Shown here: positions 1 to 8,416 of the stretch, piece after piece
Numbering within the stretch: position 1 is the first letter of the stretch
How the letters are laid out: the number at the start of each line of letters is the position of its first letter
Assembly (NCBI GenBank): GCA_964617645.1
Contig: CAZTYE010000007.1
Location: 88,203 to 152,202, forward strand
Reading direction: 5' to 3'
DNA from: an uncultured Ignavibacteria bacterium
GTDB taxonomy: Bacteria > Zixibacteria > MSB-5A5 > CAIYYT01
Length of the DNA stretch: 64,000 nucleotides
The notes under the pieces: model-generated
Seen by the model: the letters and a program-made list of their open reading frames with translations, nothing else
Databases searched by the model: none
What the model was told of the DNA's origin: nothing
Position numbers and translations under genes: made by a program

Positions 1-127
1 ATTTAGGCGGCGTGGGATTTTCCTGAGCCTGAGCCGCCATGGCAAACAAGAGCCCGGCACTGAACGCGAAAAGCGCCGGGAAGATCAACGGGAATTCACT
101 CCAGAAAGTATGGCCGATAGCAATCAT
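1..127 (-). CDS. partial CDS (N-terminus only), exported/membrane protein of unknown function; continues beyond window start
   Basis: Reverse complement starts ATG at 125-127 and reads MIAIGHTFWSEFPLIFPALFAFSAGLLFAMAAQAQENPTPPK, open to the window edge. Hydrophobic, signal- or TM-like N-terminus. Confidence 0.3.
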   Translation of the reverse strand, partial: MIAIGHTFWSEFPLIFPALFAFSAGLLFAMAAQAQENPTPPK

Positions 128-767
128 GAATCACTTTTCTCCTTCATAGCTACTGTTACGCAAGCAGCGACATTCTATTAACGGCGAAGACGCAAAAATA
201 AGCCGGTCCGGAGATCCGGACAATGTGAATCGGCATAATCATCGCTGGCTCGGATGTGGTCGAAAAGGTAGATTCGGCAGTATGAACTTATCCCGCCTTT
301 CAATTCGGAAGCCGGCTGCCCGCCGCACTACACTGGTGGCGATCGCCGGACTACTCTGGACACTCGTTGGTATCGGCCTGGTGAGCGTTGCCGGCTACTG
401 GCTGTATCATGAGCCACTGGCGCGGGGTGTATTATTGGCTGTCATCGGGATTGCGGCCGGGTTGCTGCTATTTCGCCCACTGTTTACCAAATTGGTGGCG
501 GTGAATCTCGACCGCATCCATGCGATTGCACCGGCACAGGACGAGGTCTGCGTCTTTGCCTTTCAGAATGTTCGCAGCTACTTGATGATCTTTGTGATGA
601 TGGCTATGGGTTATGCGCTTCGCCATTCGCCGCTGCCGAAGGCCTTTCTCGGCGCCGGTTATCTCGCCATCGGTGTCGCGCTGATCGGGGCATCGCTGCA
701 TTACTACCGCCGCCTGCGGCGATAAGACTCATCCGACGAGCAGTCAGGGAAGATCGCGCCTTTGCGC

Positions 768-796
768 TTGTCAAGCAGGCAAAGTTGATCTATTCT
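768..796 (+). promoter_or_regulatory. putative sigma-70 promoter (TTGTCA-N17-TATTCT) just upstream of the ppsR ATG; would give a near-leaderless mRNA
   Basis: Hexamers read directly from the sequence with 17-nt spacing. The -10 ends 6 nt before ATG 803. Confidence 0.25.
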
Positions 797-802
797 AAAT
801 TC

Positions 803-1678
803 ATGGCTGTCCCAATAAGCGAATCAAAACCAATTATCATTGTCTCCGACGGAACCGGCCGGACCGCGCGCCGATTGCTTGACGCCGTGCTCGCCCAGTA
901 TGCCGAGCAGAAGGTGACATTCACGATCAGGCGGACGTTCCAGGCAGTTACCACCAAAGCGCAGGCGGAAAAGATCGTCGAAGAAATCAGCGACGAGTAC
1001 CTGGTGATCTACTCGATCATCTCGCTTGAACTCGGGACTTATTTTCATGAGATCCTCGAGGAACGGGGAATATTGCACCTTAACGTGCTTCGGCCAATGA
1101 TCAAAACGCTATCGAAGTTCCTGGGAGTACATCCGGAATTCAAACCGGGATTGCTGCAAATCGTCGATGACAATTACTACCGTAAGCTGGATGCCATCGG
1201 CTACACGGTTGAACACGACGACGGCCGCGGTCATCGCATCGAAGAGGCCGATTTAGTGCTTGTCGGGCTATCACGCACCTGCAAAACGCCGATTTCGATG
1301 TATCTGGCGTGCAACTTCGGACTCAAAATCGCAAATATTCCGGTCATCGCCGACTCGACGTTTCGCCATCAGATGCTCAACCGTCTGCGGGCGGTTCCGG
1401 CCGGCCGCATTATTGGTCTCATGATTCAGGCCAATGAACTGGTGCGGATTCGCGAGGAGCGAGCCGGGCTTCTGGTCGGCGATCCGGCGCGAAAGCATGA
1501 CCTGATCGCTTACCACGATGTAACGCAGATTCGTAACGAGTTGCGCTTCTGTCGGCAGTTGTATGCCGAGAATAATTGGGAGTCGATCGATGTGACGCGC
1601 CGGGCGATTGAGGAAGTCGGCGCGGAGATTCTCCAAACGTTGAAGATTCCGGTCGATAATCTGCGAGAAACGATGTAG
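803..1678 (+). CDS. ppsR: PEP synthetase / pyruvate phosphate dikinase regulatory protein (bifunctional kinase-pyrophosphorylase, DUF299)
   Basis: IIIVSDGTGRTA N-terminal motif, a second P-loop-like GLSRTCKTPISMYLA, and ~290 aa length match the PpsR/YdiA family. Confidence 0.85.
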   Translation: MAVPISESKPIIIVSDGTGRTARRLLDAVLAQYAEQKVTFTIRRTFQAVTTKAQAEKIVEEISDEYLVIYSIISLELGTYFHEILEERGILHLNVLRPMIKTLSKFLGVHPEFKPGLLQIVDDNYYRKLDAIGYTVEHDDGRGHRIEEADLVLVGLSRTCKTPISMYLACNFGLKIANIPVIADSTFRHQMLNRLRAVPAGRIIGLMIQANELVRIREERAGLLVGDPARKHDLIAYHDVTQIRNELRFCRQLYAENNWESIDVTRRAIEEVGAEILQTLKIPVDNLRETM

Positions 1679-1804
1679 CATCAAGCGGCTGAACCGCTGC
1701 CGCTCTCGGTCGACTATAAGTGCGCAGGGAACCGGCAGCTTGTTTTGCAGGAGCGTAATCGCGATTAGCTGACGTATATGCATCGGTGAGAGCATCGGAC
1801 AGAT

Positions 1805-3187
1805 ATGCAAACGAAATTCAACGCAAGTTCTGATCGCCAAGAGAAGTTCAGCCTTCAATCTTCGCTGATCTACTTCGTGTGGAACAGCGGAGCAGCTCCG
1901 TTGGGCGGTGAAGCGCACTTGGAAGTCGGCACAAGCTTTGTCGGGGACGGCGCCCCGATTGAGATCACAGCCAAAACCGCCGCTGGGAAAAGTGTCGGCA
2001 AAATTACCGACAAGATCCGTAACAACAAGTTCGTAGGCTCGATGCCGATTCCTGACAACTTGCGACTCGGTGACCTGGTCTATTTCAAAGTGAAGCTGTC
2101 GAGCCATGGTCTCGAAGGCGAGTCGAACCGGATTCCGGTCGTTCTGCCGATCATCGTCAGCGATCTCAGCTGGAGCGCGACCGAGGCGCGTCGCGGTGAT
2201 ACGCTGACTTTGAAAGCGAAAGTAAAGAACGTAATCAACGGCACTCCCGCTAAAGTTACAATATATGAATCCGATCAAGACGGCGCTCACGACAAGATTT
2301 GCGAGCTGGAAACCACCGTTCAGGATGAGAAGATTGAGCTACAATGGGAATATCAATATCACGAGGACACTGATGAAATCCCCAGCGAGCAGGAGTTGCA
2401 GCAGTACGGGCGCAGCTATAACCCGCCGGAGTACTTCTTCACGGTCAAACTCGAAAACGACGAATACGGCCGTGACCAATCGTCGGGGCTGCTGCTGTTT
2501 AAAGATTGGATAGAGATCGAACTCCGCGACGATGAAGGCCGCGTTGTGCCGAATCAGCACTATAAGATAACGCTGCCCGATGGGACAGAGCGGGAGGGCG
2601 ATCTCGATGATCAGGGCAAGGTACGCATCGAAGATGTGCCTCCCGGCCAGTTTACGATCACCTATCCCGGCGCGATTACGGCCGTCGATCAGGAGGAGTT
2701 AACCGAGAACGATACCGAAGCTGAACTCAGCGACTTCGAATTGGAAGTCGCGGATAAGGCCAAGATGATCATGGTTGATCCGAATCAATTGCCGGAAGGC
2801 ACTGACCAGTTCACGACGACATTGAAGCCGAGACTATCAGCAAGTTCCGACGATCGCGCAGCATTGAGGCAGAGTTTGGGAGAAGGCCCTCCCAATCATG
2901 ACGCGCACCACATCGTTCCTTGCGGTGACAGCGCCGCCGAAGAGGCCCAGAACATTCTCAAGGAATACGGTGTCGGAATCAATGAAAAAGTCAATGGTGT
3001 CTACCTCCCGAACTTAGCTCAAGGCGCTGACTCTGAGCGCGGAATGGAGCCCTTCGCGGCAACCAGTCATCAGGAGACTCAGAGCCCCGAATACGTTGAA
3101 GCCGTCACTGCCCGGCTTCGCGAGGCCAAAAGTGAGCAAGATGTGCGCGCCATTCTTGAGCAGATAAAGTCTGAGTTGATCGGGTGA
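1805..3187 (+). CDS. protein with C-terminal AHH-type HNH/EndoVII nuclease toxin domain; N-terminal repeats of unknown function
   Basis: C-terminus DAHHIVPCGDSAAEEAQNILKEYGVGINEKVNGVYLPN matches the two signature blocks of the AHH nuclease family (AHH-I-V-P and NGV-Y/W-LP). No signal peptide, PAAR or Rhs region. Confidence 0.6.
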   Translation: MQTKFNASSDRQEKFSLQSSLIYFVWNSGAAPLGGEAHLEVGTSFVGDGAPIEITAKTAAGKSVGKITDKIRNNKFVGSMPIPDNLRLGDLVYFKVKLSSHGLEGESNRIPVVLPIIVSDLSWSATEARRGDTLTLKAKVKNVINGTPAKVTIYESDQDGAHDKICELETTVQDEKIELQWEYQYHEDTDEIPSEQELQQYGRSYNPPEYFFTVKLENDEYGRDQSSGLLLFKDWIEIELRDDEGRVVPNQHYKITLPDGTEREGDLDDQGKVRIEDVPPGQFTITYPGAITAVDQEELTENDTEAELSDFELEVADKAKMIMVDPNQLPEGTDQFTTTLKPRLSASSDDRAALRQSLGEGPPNHDAHHIVPCGDSAAEEAQNILKEYGVGINEKVNGVYLPNLAQGADSERGMEPFAATSHQETQSPEYVEAVTARLREAKSEQDVRAILEQIKSELIG

Positions 3188-3246
3188 TTTTGTAATCTTA
3201 TCACCGCCACAGGATATTATGTGAGCATTGAGAGACGATATCAGGT

Positions 3247-5643
3247 ATGACAAACGATACAACAGATTCAGTTCATAGTGTCTCGTCAGGTCAGGCTTCG
3301 ACAACACGACTTAGCAACCGGATTGCCGTCATTCTGAGCCGCTTCAACTACGTTACATACGATGCCTTGGGAAGCAATCTGCCGCCCCAGGGTTTCTTCG
3401 GCTTCATTGGCCGGATACTCAACGGCTCCGGCGGTCAGTTCCGCTACGTTGAGACTCAGGACGACTTGCTCACACTCTTCAAAGAAGACCATCTTACTGA
3501 CATACCGTGGCGGATGCGGCCGCTCGTATCCGAGGCGACTGACCGATGGATCTACATTTACTGCCAGCCACGGGAAGTGATTTGGCAGATTCACTACCGG
3601 GGCATCCTCGATTGGGACTGCGATGAATTTCTGCGGGATGGAGATGGCGACTTCCAGCCACAACGGAGCGAGAGTTCGGGCGGCAGGCTCTATGAGATTT
3701 CTCGGCGCGACCTTCCCGATTGTTTTGGCATTGCTCTGCCGAGCCAGGTGGACATGAAGACCGCCGACATGATTTTCACAGGCGGTTACCGGGCAAATTC
3801 CGATTTCCTGCGCTTTGCTAAGCTGCGACTTATCAACCGACTCAGCACGCAAGGGCCCGCGGAGGCGCGCTTGATCGTATTCGATCCCGGAAATCTGGTT
3901 GATATGACGATTGATGCTTTGTCCGCCTACGAGCGTCTGATGACACTTGTCGATATCCGCCTGCCTTCCGGGCGTCTTTCGGCGGAGCAACGACGCATTC
4001 GACTCAAGGGGATACTGGCGTGCCTCTGCAAGCAGTTGGCGGAAGCAGACAGCGCGTTGGAAGACGACTTCAACATGGGGCAATTGGACGCGGAGTTTAC
4101 GCGCTACGCTGATTACGGAGCGCGACGCTGCCGCCTCATCGACAATCTCTATAATTTCCTGTCGCGACCGGTGATGCTTGATCTTCAGAAGCAGTTTATG
4201 GTATTCAGCGAAGGCGACCAGCGCCCGGACGGCAAAGTGTGGCTGCAGATCATCGCCGCGATGACTTCAATCGCCGGCGATCACGAGTTGCTCTCCGACT
4301 ATCTTGTCGATCAGGCGCGCGCCGAAACGAGCGAGAATGCTTGGGCGGCGTTCTTCAAGGCCTCCCTGGGCCGCGGCGGTCCGCAAGAAACGGCGATGGC
4401 GAACGCGTGGAAGACGGGTTTTAGCCAGGTTGACGCCGCCGAGATGATTTCGTCGACGTTTACAGTTGCCGCGTACGAACTGCTTTTCGCTTACGTCGGG
4501 CGGCCCGCAGATTTCTCCGGTTATGTTGACGAACTGCAGGCGCTCAGAGACTGTGTCGGCCGCAATGTCCGGGCATTGGGCGCGGCCAATGTGACTGAAG
4601 GCGCAATGGCAAAGATTGCCAGCGTCTATCGGGTTGCCAACGGGCTTGGCGAACTCAAAGCGATTCTCGAAGGACGAGTAGATGCCGGACGAATCGCGAG
4701 TGTCTCCGACAGCCTGGCCAACGCGGCGACATTGGCGGGCGCTAAGGGTCTGGCGATGAAAGCGCTCGTCGTCAAGAACATCTTTGATATTTATGCCAGT
4801 GGATCGGGAGCGGTGGATCGCATCCAGATGGAGGACTACAACGCCGCCGTCGGGCACGCGATGGTCGTTGGTGCCGGACTCGCAGAACTGGGCCTGATCG
4901 GTTATGGAGTCGCTACAGGGGCGAGCGTTGGTGGACCTGTTGGCGCGATCATCGGTCTTGTATCGGCTGCCGGAGCGGTGATCGTAATTTTGGCGACGGA
5001 CAGCGACACGGAGTACTTTGCGCGTCGCTGTATGTGGGGGCAAACTCCGGGGGAGGGAACTGCAAGCCCCGGCTGGATCGTGGGAACCTGCGATGATTGG
5101 CGGGCCGACGATCAAGGTTTGAAAAAGCAACTTCACTCTCTGATCAATTGCCTGCATCGATTCACGGTGGCGCATAGTTTTGATCCAACGCCGAGAGTCG
5201 TGGAAATCAACATTCGAACGAAATTCCTGCCCGATGCCGCCAAATTCGTATTTCGCGGCGAGTTCAAGACGGCCGGTGGACGTACGTCGAGGACGCTGTT
5301 TACTCTGCGTTTTCCGTCTCATCGCCGCGATCGCTATCAGGATTTCACAGTCCCGACTTCCGGAGGACGGTCAATCATCTCCGCCAATTACCGCGTGCAA
5401 CAAGACGGCGAGGAATTCCTGATCACGGTCAATCTGAAGATGGCAGAAGGCTATACAACAGGCGAGGGATGGTTGACTTGCCAGCCATTTGGCCATCAAG
5501 AATTTACTGTTCCGCACGATGGACAAGCCTTCCATCTGCAGCAGCTCATCGAACACTCGAATATCCTCATCAATCGCGATCGCGACTATGCTTTTGACAC
5601 CGATGAGTGGGATTCGATGCCCGGCTGGACGACACGGGGATGA
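3247..5643 (+). CDS. large hypothetical protein (798 aa) with central glycine-zipper transmembrane segment
   Basis: Long ORF with protein-like composition. Residues ~530-580 are GHAMVVGAGLAELGLIGYGVATGASVGGPVGAIIGLVSAAGAVIVILA (GxxxG/A repeats). No recognisable catalytic motifs. Lies 60 nt downstream of the AHH gene. Confidence 0.5.
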   Translation: MTNDTTDSVHSVSSGQASTTRLSNRIAVILSRFNYVTYDALGSNLPPQGFFGFIGRILNGSGGQFRYVETQDDLLTLFKEDHLTDIPWRMRPLVSEATDRWIYIYCQPREVIWQIHYRGILDWDCDEFLRDGDGDFQPQRSESSGGRLYEISRRDLPDCFGIALPSQVDMKTADMIFTGGYRANSDFLRFAKLRLINRLSTQGPAEARLIVFDPGNLVDMTIDALSAYERLMTLVDIRLPSGRLSAEQRRIRLKGILACLCKQLAEADSALEDDFNMGQLDAEFTRYADYGARRCRLIDNLYNFLSRPVMLDLQKQFMVFSEGDQRPDGKVWLQIIAAMTSIAGDHELLSDYLVDQARAETSENAWAAFFKASLGRGGPQETAMANAWKTGFSQVDAAEMISSTFTVAAYELLFAYVGRPADFSGYVDELQALRDCVGRNVRALGAANVTEGAMAKIASVYRVANGLGELKAILEGRVDAGRIASVSDSLANAATLAGAKGLAMKALVVKNIFDIYASGSGAVDRIQMEDYNAAVGHAMVVGAGLAELGLIGYGVATGASVGGPVGAIIGLVSAAGAVIVILATDSDTEYFARRCMWGQTPGEGTASPGWIVGTCDDWRADDQGLKKQLHSLINCLHRFTVAHSFDPTPRVVEINIRTKFLPDAAKFVFRGEFKTAGGRTSRTLFTLRFPSHRRDRYQDFTVPTSGGRSIISANYRVQQDGEEFLITVNLKMAEGYTTGEGWLTCQPFGHQEFTVPHDGQAFHLQQLIEHSNILINRDRDYAFDTDEWDSMPGWTTRG

Positions 5644-5767
5644 CGAGTATCGATTCAATGCGGAAGCCCCTCGTTGCATCCTGCCAACAGTGAAAATCGG
5701 ACTGACACTGCGTGGCTCGCAGAACTCCCACACGCGTTTCGTTTTGGGGTATAGGGAATCATCTACA

Positions 5768-5840
5768 TCGGGGCGAGCAGACTTGAACTGCCGACCTCTC
5801 GCACCCCAAGCGAGCACGCTACCAACTGCGCCACGCCCCG
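5768..5840 (-). tRNA. tRNA-Pro (anticodon GGG)
   Basis: Reverse complement CGGGGCGTGGCGCAGTTGGTAGCGTGCTCGCTTGGGGTGCGAGAGGTCGGCAGTTCAAGTCTGCTCGCCCCGA folds as a cloverleaf: 7-bp acceptor CGGGGCG/CGCCCCG, D-arm GCGC..GCGT, anticodon stem CTCGC/GCGAG with loop TTGGGGT, T-loop TTCAAGT, discriminator A. Confidence 0.75.
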
Positions 5841-5903
5841 ATACGGTCGAGCGACCGCAGTCATTATAGCGTCACCGCCGATTCGGAACAACCGAAATAT
5901 CGC

Positions 5904-7466
5904 TTGTCGCCCCTGAAGACCTACCTATATTCCTCCGAAAATTCGGATGTCGGATGCAGGTTGATTAAAGTGATTTACTGGTTTCTAATCTGGCTCTTCG
6001 TAGTTTTGACCCTCCCAAGCGCTGACTTGTCAGCTCAGGTAGCGAGCGCACAGGCGCGCACGCTGCGCCCCGGTGATCTCTATGAGGAGGGCGACCGCGT
6101 CGAGTTTAAGATCGAGCGGCGTGGTGAGGTCATTGGCCGCCAAAGGGCAACATGCGTCGGCAGTCGGTTGGTTGAGGGCGACTCACTTCTCTATTTTGAG
6201 ATGGAGACCAAGTCGGTATTCGAGCGCTCGGGCAAGATGCTCGATATGAATGTAAAATGCGAAATCGGCTATCAGCCGAACGGCGCTGCGCGACGGTACG
6301 ATTACGAGCTATCGTTGCTCAACGCCAGCGTCACGCATCACGGTGTGCTCACCGGAACAGAATATGTTGGCGAAACGACTCGACTGGGGATTCGCCAGCC
6401 GTTCAACATACCCCTTCAACGCTGGCCGGTCATTTTCGACAACAATTTCGCGCTGCAATGGGAGATTGCGCTTTATCCGATTCGCCGCAATCCGGGCGAC
6501 ACACTGCACGCCGAGACTCTGATTCCGCAGTTGGATCGGCTGGTAGCGGTCACAATTGTCGTTCAGCCGAACGAAACCATTGTTTACGGCGGACAGACGG
6601 TTACGACTCGCGTACTCAAACTCGATCAACTCAATCAAACGATCTACTTGGACGAGCGGGGTGTGCTTCTGAAGGCTGTTGACAAACAAAGCGGAATTTC
6701 CGTGACCCGTCTCGCCGCCGGCGAAACCGCGGAGTTGCCTACTCAGCCATTTCTCGACACGTTCATGAGCCGCATCCCCGGCTATGGAATGCTCGCGGCT
6801 TTGGCGGCCGTCTGGGCGGCAGGATTCGGTTGGCGCCGTGTCAATTCTTCATGGCCGTGGGTGATTCTCGTAGTCGGAGCGAGCCTATACGTCCTGTCGC
6901 TGCAGATCCTGCCATGGGTTCAGGAACGATATTTCTCGTTCGTGCTTGACCCGCGGTCGCCTTCGACGAGCATCTATATTCCGCTGCTTGGCTCGGCGTT
7001 GATATTCGCTCTGGTTGAGCTATTAGCGATCGTGTCGCCTCTGGTCGTTCTCAATGGAGCGAAAAGGCTGACGGCTACGCGAGCCGCAATTGCGATTGGC
7101 GCATTCTCCGGGATCGGTTTCGGACTGATTCAGGCTTGCAACCTGACCGGGTTTGGTCCCGACGGATCGCTCCTCATCAGGGCCGACCTGCTGCAGAAGT
7201 TCGCATTAATTGGTTTGAACGCCGTTTGCGGCGCGTGGCTCGCCCAGTTGATCGTGAGGCGACAACCGGCAGTATTCTACCTTTTTCCCATCGGATTCAA
7301 GATGTTATTCAATTGGACGGCGGCGTTCCTGCAGAAGGGCGCGCTAACGGTTGCCCAACATGCCGTGCTGGGGTTAGTGGTCACTCTCCTGGCATTAGTC
7401 GCATACTTCTTGATTTACCGCCGCGAACCGTTGCCGGCACAGCTAAAACCCGCCCGGAAATCTTGA
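5904..7466 (+). CDS. hypothetical polytopic membrane protein (N-terminal ~280-aa extracytoplasmic domain + ~8 TM helices)
   Basis: N-terminal TM/signal (IYWFLIWLFVVLTL), then a soluble domain, then a hydrophobic helix-rich C-terminal half. Confidence 0.5.
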   Translation: MSPLKTYLYSSENSDVGCRLIKVIYWFLIWLFVVLTLPSADLSAQVASAQARTLRPGDLYEEGDRVEFKIERRGEVIGRQRATCVGSRLVEGDSLLYFEMETKSVFERSGKMLDMNVKCEIGYQPNGAARRYDYELSLLNASVTHHGVLTGTEYVGETTRLGIRQPFNIPLQRWPVIFDNNFALQWEIALYPIRRNPGDTLHAETLIPQLDRLVAVTIVVQPNETIVYGGQTVTTRVLKLDQLNQTIYLDERGVLLKAVDKQSGISVTRLAAGETAELPTQPFLDTFMSRIPGYGMLAALAAVWAAGFGWRRVNSSWPWVILVVGASLYVLSLQILPWVQERYFSFVLDPRSPSTSIYIPLLGSALIFALVELLAIVSPLVVLNGAKRLTATRAAIAIGAFSGIGFGLIQACNLTGFGPDGSLLIRADLLQKFALIGLNAVCGAWLAQLIVRRQPAVFYLFPIGFKMLFNWTAAFLQKGALTVAQHAVLGLVVTLLALVAYFLIYRREPLPAQLKPARKS

Positions 7467-7544
7467 CGAATTTTGCTTTTTCTGATCTGCCGCAGCGGTT
7501 ATATTCGGCGTGACACGATGTTGTCAGCAGGAGGTTAATGTAAT

Positions 7545-7730
7545 ATGGCGATGAAGATCACTGATGAGTGCACGGCCTGCGGACTCTGTCTGCCGGAGTG
7601 CCCGAACGACGCCATTGCCGAAGGGGACATTTACGTCATTGACGCCGTCAAGTGTGATGAATGCGCAAACGTGGAAGGCGGAAGCCGCTGCGTGGCCATT
7701 TGCCCGGTTGACTGCATTATCAAAGCGTAA
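7545..7730 (+). CDS. 2x[4Fe-4S] ferredoxin
   Basis: CTACGLCLPECP and CDECANVEGGSRCVAICP cysteine clusters, 61 aa. Followed by a terminator. Confidence 0.85.
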   Translation: MAMKITDECTACGLCLPECPNDAIAEGDIYVIDAVKCDECANVEGGSRCVAICPVDCIIKA

Positions 7731-7754
7731 AGTGGCCGATTTGAAATAACCCTC

Positions 7755-7788
7755 GTGCCGTCTCTCGACAGACGGCACGTTTTTTTTC
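7755..7788 (+). terminator. rho-independent terminator after ferredoxin gene
   Basis: GTGCCGTCTctcgacAGACGGCAC hairpin followed by TTTTTTTT. Confidence 0.6.
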
Positions 7789-7791
7789 GAT

Positions 7792-7995
7792 ATGTTTACC
7801 GGCAAGCAAGCGTTTATCATCATCCTGATTTTACTCACGGTTCTCCTGCTGTTTCAGAATTGGCGGATCGTCGATCTCCATTTCACCTTGATTCGTTTCC
7901 CGATACCGCTACCGGTGTTGATTCTGGGTTGCGTCGGAATCGGCATCATCTTCGGCTTCTGGCTTGATCGCCCCAAAAAAAGTGGCAAGAAGTAG
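7792..7995 (+). CDS. small inner-membrane protein, LapA/DUF1049-like
   Basis: 67 aa, two TM helices separated by QNWRIVDLHF, basic C-terminus. Resembles the LapA (YciS) family. Confidence 0.45.
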   Translation: MFTGKQAFIIILILLTVLLLFQNWRIVDLHFTLIRFPIPLPVLILGCVGIGIIFGFWLDRPKKSGKK

Positions 7996-8416
7996 CTTTC
8001 GTTACCTGGAGGATGTCGCAACCGCCGACGCGGCGTTCGTGGCCTTTGGCGAAAATCTATCCGAGCTGTTTTGCCATGCCGCGCAGGCGCTGTTCAATGT
8101 GATGGCGCCACTGGAGTTGATCCGCCCCGACAAACAGCGCACACTATCCGTGACTGCCGATTCATTGGATGAACTGCTGTTTACCTTTCTATCCGACTTG
8201 GTTTACATGAAGGACGTTTACTCGGAGTTGTATTCGCAGTTCGACATCGAGATTGCCAAGAGCGAGACCTGGGCGCTGACCGCCAATATCGCCGGTCGGT
8301 CGCTCACCGAGCTGCGGTCCAATACGCACACGGACGTGAAGGCCGTGACGTATTATCGTCTGGCGATTACGCAAACTGAAAACGGTTTCGAAGCGATGGT
8401 TGTTTTGGACTTATGA
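7982..8416 (+). CDS. archease (RtcB activator)
   Basis: ~145 aa with FRYLEDVATADAAFVAFGENLSELF N-terminal motif (the E-x-x-ADxxF archease signature). Immediately upstream of and overlapping the rtcB start. Probable GTG start at 7982; the ORF is open from TTG 7964. Confidence 0.7.
   Translation: MARSSFRYLEDVATADAAFVAFGENLSELFCHAAQALFNVMAPLELIRPDKQRTLSVTADSLDELLFTFLSDLVYMKDVYSELYSQFDIEIAKSETWALTANIAGRSLTELRSNTHTDVKAVTYYRLAITQTENGFEAMVVLDL

Noticed and set aside
1271-2290. 339-aa minus-strand ORF overlapping ppsR and the AHH gene
   Set aside because: Arg/Ala-rich antisense translation typical of high-GC DNA. It overlaps two well-supported + strand genes.
3286-5322. Minus-strand ORFs 3286-4083 (265 aa) and 4267-5322 (351 aa) inside the 798-aa gene
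   Set aside because: Arginine-rich, low-complexity products. The + strand frame is continuous for 798 codons with protein-like composition.
7462-7510. Sigma-70 promoter for the ferredoxin gene (TTGACG … TTATAT)
   Set aside because: Candidate hexamers have 14- or 20-nt spacings; not convincing.
7564-7749. Alternative +2 frame ORF overlapping the ferredoxin gene
   Set aside because: The ferredoxin frame carries two complete Cys4 cluster motifs; the alternative frame has none.
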